Shown in pieces: positions 55,199 through 64,000 of a stretch of DNA of 64,000 nt. Source of the DNA: the human T2T-CHM13v2.0 reference genome, Homo sapiens; NCBI RefSeq assembly GCF_009914755.1, contig NC_060942.1. The stretch is one strand, 5' to 3'. Positions within the stretch are counted from its first letter, which is position 1. The number at the start of each line of letters is the position of its first letter. The notes under the pieces were generated by a model that had not been told where the DNA came from, searched no databases, and saw nothing but the letters and a program-made list of their open reading frames with translations. The position numbers and the translations under genes were made by a program.

Positions 55199-57454
55199 GC
55201 ATGGTCAAATAACTTTACTGATAAGATTCAAAAGGTCTGAAACCTCTGCCCTTGGCCTCCTAGGTTTGGACAGAGCCTTGTCCTGTTTCCTCATTCAGAT
55301 GATCAGGGATGTTCTGACATGCTCCTGACAGCTCTGTTTTTTCAGACTTTTTATTGTTTGTCTTTGCCTGTAAAGTCCTCTGTCTGGTGCATGGTTATTT
55401 CCCTCTATTACTGTATTCAACCTCTTGTCTCTTCCCCAGACTGGAAAGCTTTTGGCTGTCAGTGTTCTTTCTGAATTTATAATGGATCTGCCCTGCCTTC
55501 TCTGGGTAGGGCTTGGCTTATGATCACCATCTGTGGCTAGGTGGATGGGTAGTGGACAAATGCAGAGGATCTCATATCAGCTCTCTTTTTATTTTGCTTC
55601 CTCCTAGCTTCTCCATCCATTTTATTGGTCCATTCATTGCTCCCAACATGCTGCAAGGAAAAACTCTACCACCATTTCTTGAGGGAAATGTCCCTTCCAC
55701 TAGTCTAGAGGCACTCTCTTTTCTAGATTTTATAGATGCTAACATCTATATTATGATGTATCATAGATCTGATGCCAATTTGTCTTCAGCTTGGTAGCAT
55801 AAATAGAATCTAAGTAGAATACCGATGCACATATAAGAAAGATTTTATTTCTAATAAGGGAGACAAGGGTAAAATCAAAATAAGATAAAGATCAATAAAA
55901 AACAGGACAAAGTATTGTAGACTGACTCAAAAGTACTGAAAATAAATGCTAGTATCAACAAGAAGCTTGAGAATCTGAACCTGGTGCCTTACCCATAATA
56001 GGTGTTCAATATATATTGATTATTCCTGATTGAACATTATTCATTCAAAGCAGAAGAATAATCTTTTCCTTTATACATTGCTTCTGTGTTTTCATTTTAA
56101 AACATCATGAAAAATGATTTTTAGAGAATCATTAAAAACAATTTGTGATTTTCTTATAATTAGCCATGGAGCACATAACAAAACCAGATTTGTATAAATT
56201 GATCACCTTCCTACCTAAGCAGTGAGAGCAGAATTTTGAAAAGATATCGAGGCAGTACTTTTATATAGCATGGAAACCCGTTTTACTTTTTGTTCAAATG
56301 GAGATACGTTTGAGAGTAAAAGGAGTTAGTGTTAATAAATACAATGCAATAACAGGCATGATGGGATCACCCCAGGAAAACCAAACATCACAGAGCCATC
56401 CTATCCATGACTTGACAAACTGATGACAACAGTGATTCAGACCCAAACATGCAGTGATAGGTTTCTCATTATGTGATTCATTGTCACTCAGCCAGTTATA
56501 GACCCAGTAGATAAATGTTAGTCAACAGCAAATAGAAAAGAAAAATTTTAATTTGAATAAATTGCTTAAATCTACCTTAATTTTTTGTTAACCTGCAATC
56601 AGAATTGAATTCTAATAAATTTATTTTTCTCTAAGTCGCTCATGCATTTCATTACCTGATTTATTATGAAATTTTACAATTGCTTATCAGTCCTTATTTT
56701 CTTAACTTCTCAGCAACTTTAGAAATTAATGACCATTACTTTTCAAAACACTGTATTTACGCTGTTTTCCAGTAAAGAATTCCTGCCCCTGCTCTGCCCC
56801 AGTTTTTCGGCTTCCTTTCCGGACCCCACTATAGCCTATTCTTTCTTCATCTGTTTCTTCTTTTCTCACATTTTATACACCCCCTGGGAAGTCTCCTCCA
56901 CTCCCCTAGCTTCAATTGCCATCTACTTATTGCTGACTCTTACATCTTCACTCCTGTCCAGGTTTCAATGTTTTTTCTGAGCTCCAAACCTGTATAACTG
57001 ACTGCTATTGGACTTCTCCATTTAAGTTTCCCAAGAACCTCCAAGAATTCAATAAAATTTAATTTGTTCAAATCTGCATTCATCATCTCAACAATGCACC
57101 CAACTTCTCCTCCCTCAGTGTCCCCTCTCTCATTTCCACAATGAAAATAAGAAATGAAGCAGCTAATGATAACAATAATTACAATAATAACACTGCTTAT
57201 ATAACTCTTTAGGAATATGTCTACACAAACATGTGAGATGGATATTGAGACAATTTCTAAATAATTCAGAACAAATAGCTTGTGAGTGTGGGCAGAAGGA
57301 GGCTTGGAAGAAGACGGTTGGGTTGGTCAGATACGTTCCCATTAAACCAGAAACACATATTTTTCCCCTGACTCCCTATTCTTATTCTACATCCATTGGG
57401 TCACCAAGTCCTGTTGATTCTACCTCCTGAATGTTCTGTTCTCTCCATCTCCAC

Positions 57455-57835
57455 TGTATTAGTCCATTCTCACTCTGCTAATAAGGACATACCCAAGAAT
57501 GGATAATTTATAAAGGAAAGAGGTTTAATTGATTCACAGTTTAGCACAGCTGGGGAGGCCTCAGGAAACTTACAATCATGGTGGAAGGAGAAGCAAACAT
57601 GTCCTTCTTCACATGGCAGCAGCAAGGAGAAGTGCCAAGTGAATGGGGGAAAAGCCTCTTATAAAACCATCAGATCTTGTGAGAACTCACTTACTATCAA
57701 GAGAACAGCATGGGGGAACTACCCCCATGATCTAATCATCACCCATGAGGTTCCTCCCAACAACATGTGGGGATTACAAGTTGGATTATAATTCAAGATG
57801 AGAATTGGGTGGAGACGTAGAGCCAGACCATAATA
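57455..57835 (-). mobile_element. THE1 (THE1C/D-like) solo LTR
   Basis: tgtattagtccattctcac...aaaaccatcagatcttgtgagaactcac...attcaagatgaga. Confidence 0.9.
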
Positions 57836-58312
57836 CCTACCGTCACCAGTTTTGACTAAGCTAACACCATCTCCCAGTCTCTCAACCAATCATTCCACCT
57901 CCAAACTTGCCTCTCTCTAGTTCATTTTTATATTGTGGCAAGACTGATTTCCAGCCACACAAATAAAATCAGTTTGCTTTTCTGCTTAAAACTATTCCCT
58001 GGCTCTTAGATACATTTCAAACAATATGACTTACATGCCCCTCTACTATCCGGCCCTGCCTACCTCTCCAGAACCCTTTCGTACCTCTTCCTTTTGCACT
58101 CCTTACTGGAGCTCCCCAGCCCAACCAGGCACTTAGTTGCTTCTGAGACTTAACACCTCCTACTGTCACTCTTGGCACATTTTCTGCTTCATCCAGCTTA
58201 CTCCTAGTCAATCTACTCCTACTAGCTCAAATACCGTTTCCTCAGGGAGCCACTGTCTGGTCCCAAAACTACATTAGGTTCCTTCCTATGTGCTCCTATA
58301 ACACTGTTTGAA

Positions 58313-58391
58313 TTAGGTTGAAACACATGAAATTGCCTTGTTGTAAATCAGTAACAGTCAAACAAAAGGAAATTTATATAGTTCAAGCCAA
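58313..58391. mobile_element. MADE2 mariner-derived MITE
   Basis: ~80 bp with degenerate TIRs ttaggttgaaacacatgaaattgcc / ggaaatttatatagttcaagccaa. Confidence 0.8.
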
Positions 58392-60162
58392 TACTTGAAT
58401 CTGCTAGACTATAAATTCCCTAAGGGTAGGAACCTGGTCTATCTTGTACACTGCCTTACACAGTTCCTGGCACATGGTAAATAATCAATGAATATGTGTT
58501 GAATAAATGAATGAATGAACAAATAATGAACTACATTTTCTTGAAATGTCATTATTTTAAATGACATAATTAAAGCTAAAATAATTTTCTCTTTAATGCT
58601 GATATATTGTTTTTGTTGTACCAGTACTTGCCTAGTCTACTCAGTTTGATTAAATACTCACAAATATATATACTGAGATTTTAGCAGAGTACACTTATGT
58701 GAACCAATAAACAATATCTTGACCTACAGAGCACAAACCTGGAGTAATTTGATAAAAGTCACCTCTCTTCATGAGCATGAAAGAAGGCAAAGAATCCAGG
58801 GAAAATTGAATTCAAAAACTCTAATAAAGTCTAAAATTGTTTAGCCTCGGTAGAAAGTCTTACAGTGACACCTTTGAAAATGTGATTCCTGGGGTTCTAC
58901 TTTGAAAAAAAGCCTTAAGAATGGGATATTTGCAATGAGAATCATTCAACAGGCCTATCACTTTGCATATTGGATAGCCCCTCAAAAGATGAATATGGGC
59001 ATGCTAGCACTTTGCTAATTCCCATTAACTACAGCAGTCCTTAGTGAATTGCTGCATTAATAAGGCAGTCATTGCCTATGCAGTGCCTGCAAACAGAGGA
59101 GTGTGTCTTTGCTTCAGTTCTTCTGACAAGTGTAGTTCTGCTTTAATTATTTATGCTCATACACCACAGCACAGGAGCACTCGCAAATATTTTGTATGAG
59201 TGATGAAGTTTTAGTAATAAGAGACTTCACTCCATCTTGCTGCTGTTAAAGCTTACAGAGAAGCAGGGTGAGAATTTAAGGTTTTTGTAGATTAGTCAAC
59301 TAGGAATTAGCAGGATTCCCTAGGATAGAGTTCTAAATAATACAATGAAAATAAATATCTACAAGTACAATTCTTATTTTTTTCAAGCTCTTTAACAGCC
59401 CTCAGAAGACCCTAAGATGAACCACAAGGAAAATAACAAGAAATGAAGCTGCTAATGATAATAATAATTGCGATAATAATACTGCTTATGTAACTCTTTA
59501 TGGATATGTCTACACAAATATGTGAGATGGATGTTGAGACAATTTCTAAATAATTCAGAACAAATAGCTTACAAGTGTGGGCAGAGACAGGCTGGGAAGA
59601 AGACAGTTCATTTGGTCAGAATCCTCCAGCCTATATTGGTCAAATTTGCTGAATGATTTATCATATCACTCCTTAAATATTCCAACTTTACTATTTAATT
59701 CCAATTCTGTATGTAACTTTCTTTTGACTAAGGCCAGGTAATTTAATCTCTCTGAGAACAAATCTCTTTTCGTTCAGCAGAATGAGATCCAGCTTATAAT
59801 ATTTCAACATCTTTCCCAGCCCTGGTGTTTTTGGTTCTATGAAATTCACGATCCTAGATTTATTGTCACTTATTCTTTCAATAATAATTTATTGAGCTGC
59901 ACCTACCATATAATAAGGACCAAGGAAAAGTGCATCCATAAAGTTGTCCAAAGACAATATTAAGTGTTCTCCCACAAAGCCCTGCTTCACCTCCAATCTT
60001 CCACTCTTCCGCCATGCACACAATCAGACACAGCCACCTTCTTTCATTTTGTTTTGTTTGTCATTTGTTTTAATCAGGATCACAGAAAAAATATGAAGGG
60101 ATTTATAGGTTGTTTTCAGGCCCACAGAGACTTGAAGCATAAGGTATAAAGTATGCTCCTCC

Positions 60163-60838
60163 TTTTTTTCAGCTTTATTGAGGTATAATTTACAAATACA
60201 AATTGTATATATTTAAGGCACACAACTTCATGTTTGGAGGTATACATATACATTATAAAATGATCACCACCAGCAAGCTAATTAATATATCTGTCCCCTC
60301 ACTTAGTTAGCATTTTCTTTTTCTTTTTTTGTAATAAGAATGCTTAAGATCTATCTCAAGTATAATAGTCACTATGCTATATATTAGATCTCCAGAACTC
60401 ATTCATCTTGCATAAATGAAACTTTGTGCCCTTTGACCACCACTCCTCCCTACCTCCAGCCCCTAGCAACCACTATTCAACTCTCTGCTTATATGTGTTG
60501 GACTTTTAAAAATTCTACCTATATGTGAGATCACGTGGCATTTGTCTTTCTGTGTCTGGCTTATGTCTCATAGCATAATGTCCTTCAGATTATATCCACG
60601 TTATCACAAATGGAAAGATTTCCTTCTTTTTAAAGGATGAATAGTATTTTATTTTTTATATATACCACATTTTATCCATTCATCCATTGACAGATATTTA
60701 GGTTGTTTCCATATCTTGACTGTTGTGACTAATGCTATATCAACATGGGAGTACGGATATGTCTTTGAGATCCTAATTTCACTTGCTTTGGATATATACC
60801 CAGAAGTGAAATTTCTGGGTCATATATGGTAATTCTGT
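60163..60838 (-). mobile_element. L1MA8/9-like 3' end
   Basis: cagctttattgaggtataatttacaaata...attagatctccagaactcattcatctt. Clear TSD tatgctcctcc on both sides. Confidence 0.9.
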
Positions 60839-61611
60839 TATGCTCCTCCCTTTTTCCTCAATCCTCATAGGAAGCCTTACTCGTCTTGGCCCTCAGAGTC
60901 ACAAAATCCCCCTGGGTTTCTCATCTAGCACCAGACCCAAAGGCAACTTTCTGTATTCACTCAGCTAAACAAAGAGCATTGGAGAGCAGAGCGGCTCCTG
61001 TCACTCAACAACTAGAAGGGGAATGAAACCACTGACACAGGCTATGGGCATTCAACACCCACGTGCTGCTCACTAACCTTGAAGAATGAAAAGTGAACCA
61101 AAGACTCCATAGGGCAATCAGATGGCATTAAATGGCTACATTAAGAAATCTTCAGGAGCCAGTAAGAGTGGCCATTGTGAGCTGTCCAAATAAAAGAACA
61201 AGTAACAATTCAACTTGGGCAGTAAAACGAATGGTAAACACGGAATAGGAGACAGACCTTGTAAATTACTGGATTGAGTTCTGCAGTTCATTATATCACA
61301 GCCTTAGCCAATCAAACTAAAATAAATGGAAAGAGGAAAAACTGGTCTGAGAAAAATTTACTGTCTTAAGAATATGTGTCCAACCTTCACACTGCTCCCG
61401 AGCCTAACCTTTAGATAAATAATTTTATATTAATAGATATTTTATAGTTTTTTTTTCTTTTGCTGGAAAATTGTGTGAGATTCAATGCTTTTAAGTAAAA
61501 AGGAATTTTTTATGGCCTGAGTCAATACTTCAATCTTGCGTCTTTCTTGTAACACGAAATAGTCTCACTAGTATTAACAAAATACTGACAATATTAAAAA
61601 TGATTCTATTC

Positions 61612-62300
61612 AACTATTCAACAAATATTTATTGAATGCCTGGTATCAGTGAAGCCCTGGTTTTTTTTTTTGTTTGTTTTGTTATGTTTTTTTTTGAGAC
61701 ACAGTCTCACTGTCTCGCCCTGGCTGGAGTGCAGTGGCACGATCTTGGCTCACCGCAAGCTCCGCCTCCCAGGTTCACATCATTCTCCTGTTTCAGCCTC
61801 CCGAGTAGCTGGGACTACAGGCACCCGCCACCACGACCAGCTAATTTTTTGTATTTTTAGTAGAGACGGGGTTTCATGGTGTTAGCCAGGATGGTCTCGA
61901 TCTCCTGACCTCGTGATCCGCCTGCCTCAGACTCCCAAAGTGCTGGGATTACTGGCGTGAGCCACCATGCCCACCCCAAGCCCTATTCTTAATTCCCTAT
62001 TTGTGGAATATGCAGCAGGAACAAAATAGACATGGTCCCTGACCTAACAAAGCCCACAGTCTATGGGAGAGGTAGACAATAAACAAATACACACAAAAAG
62101 TAAGTATATAATTGCAATTAAAAAAAAAAAAAGCAAAAACAAAACCAAAAAGGCCCTGAGTTTTCTGAGAGACTCTTGGGGATGGGGGTAGGGAGCATTG
62201 AATTAAAGATCGACTTCCCTGAGGAAGTGACAGTTGATCTGAAACCTAAGGGATAAGAAGAACTTCGTAGAAGATGTGTAATTAGGGCATATGCCAACAT
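61612..62300 (-). mobile_element. L2 3' end, interrupted by AluY
   Basis: attcaacaaatatttattgaatgcct...gaacaaaatagacatggtccctg...ttccctgaggaagtgaca. Confidence 0.8.
61660..61977 (-). mobile_element. AluY
   Basis: Diagnostic gcaagctccgcctcc and ttagccaggatggtctcgatctcctgacctcgtgatccg. TSD aagccct. Confidence 0.9.
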
Positions 62301-62569
62301 CAACCACGCTGGCAATGGAATTGGCTTAGCATACGGAGAAAAGCTCCTGTGCATGCGAATGAAGATTGACATTTCCAAAAACGTTGCTTTGTTTACAAAA
62401 ATAAAATGAATGCTTAGTGGTCTTCAGGCAGAAACATACCAATGAAGTAGGAATAACTCTGACCAAACTCAAAGTCTGGTTTGTTGTCAAAGTCAAAAAA
62501 TTCATCTCCCAATAGTGAAATACATATATATACATATTTGTCTTATTCTCATGCTGAGTTTTAAAATGA

Positions 62570-62893
<324 letters not shown>

Positions 62894-62942
62894 TCCAAAG
62901 ACTCTTTCTATAGCTTTCTTTAGTAGTCTACTCTAATACTGA

Positions 62943-63350
<408 letters not shown>

Positions 63351-63716
63351 TAATCATCATGTCTGCGTACAAGTCTATTTATAATGTTGAAGATTATCAG
63401 CAAAATTTTTTTCTATCTCCTCTAGAACATATAGTTCATTATGAGTGTAGAATGTTATTCTACACTCTGTTCTAGTCTTTATTACTAGGAAATTGACATT
63501 AAAAATATATACATATATGTGTATATATATATATGAAAGTGTGTATATATATATGTGTGTGTGTCACTCACACACATAAATAATGCTGGACCTAAAAATA
63601 AAGATAGTCAGATTGTTAATAATGAGTTCACAGTTTAACTTGTGAAATGGACAAAAACTGTCATCTACAAAATATCCCTATAGCAATGCCATCTAGCAGT
63701 ATAAAGTATTATTGCT

Positions 63717-64000
63717 GGCCAGCCGTGGTGGCTCACGCCTGTAATCCCAGCACTTTGGGAGGCCAAGACGGGCAGATGACCTGAGGTCAGGAGCTCGAGA
63801 CCACCCTGGCCAACGTGGGAAAATTCCGTCTCCACAAAAAGTTAGCCTGGCGCGGTGGCGGGTGCCTGTAATCCCAGCTACTTGATAAGCTGAGGCAGAA
63901 GAATCACTTGAACCAGGAAGCAGAGGTTGCAGTGAGCCAAGATTGTGCCACTGCACTCCAGCCTGGGCAACAGAGTGAGACTCCACCTCAAAAAAAAAAA
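63717..64000 (+). mobile_element. AluS
   Basis: ggccagccgtggtggctcacgcctgtaatcccagc...ctcaaaaaa; the tail runs off the window. Confidence 0.95.

Larger units (their letters stand above)
56640..58522 (+). mobile_element. L2 3' fragment with three insertions
   Basis: tcaccaagtcctgttgattctacctcctga; ctagactataaattccctaagggtagg; ends gttgaataaatgaatgaatgaa. Confidence 0.85.

Noticed and set aside
62426-62520. Protein-looking minus frame GDEFFDFDNKPDFEFGQSYSYFI next to a GTATGT donor
   Set aside because: No acceptor or start codon upstream and no recognisable homologue; likely chance.

Overview
This is primate, most likely human, non-coding genomic DNA: it carries 12 Alu copies, a young L1PA insertion and THE1/MST LTRs. 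I could not identify any host protein-coding gene, RNA gene, CRISPR array or prokaryote-type system. Nearly all listed ORFs are chance ORFs or translations of L1, Alu or ERV sequence. About half the window is nested transposon relics. These include a ~8.5 kb old L1 on the minus strand with an MER21-type LTR, an L1PA and two Alus inside it, and a decayed ERVL provirus (LTR33-like LTR plus pol remnants) hit by several later insertions. L2, MIR, hAT-Charlie and MADE2 fragments are also present. Repeat-poor stretches (~6.6-9.1, 15.1-17.3, 36.4-43.5 and 58.5-59.7 kb) contain homeodomain-type motifs and may be enhancers. The most notable signals seen directly in the sequence are a 25-bp near-perfect hairpin (41078-41160), two locally templated insertions copied from 1.3-2.3 kb downstream, a well-formed 100-nt minus-strand exon candidate with a TM-like open frame, and an Alu whose tail appears micro-inverted. 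I see no evidence for a wholly new biological system. Subfamily names come from recalled consensus sequences and boundaries are approximate.
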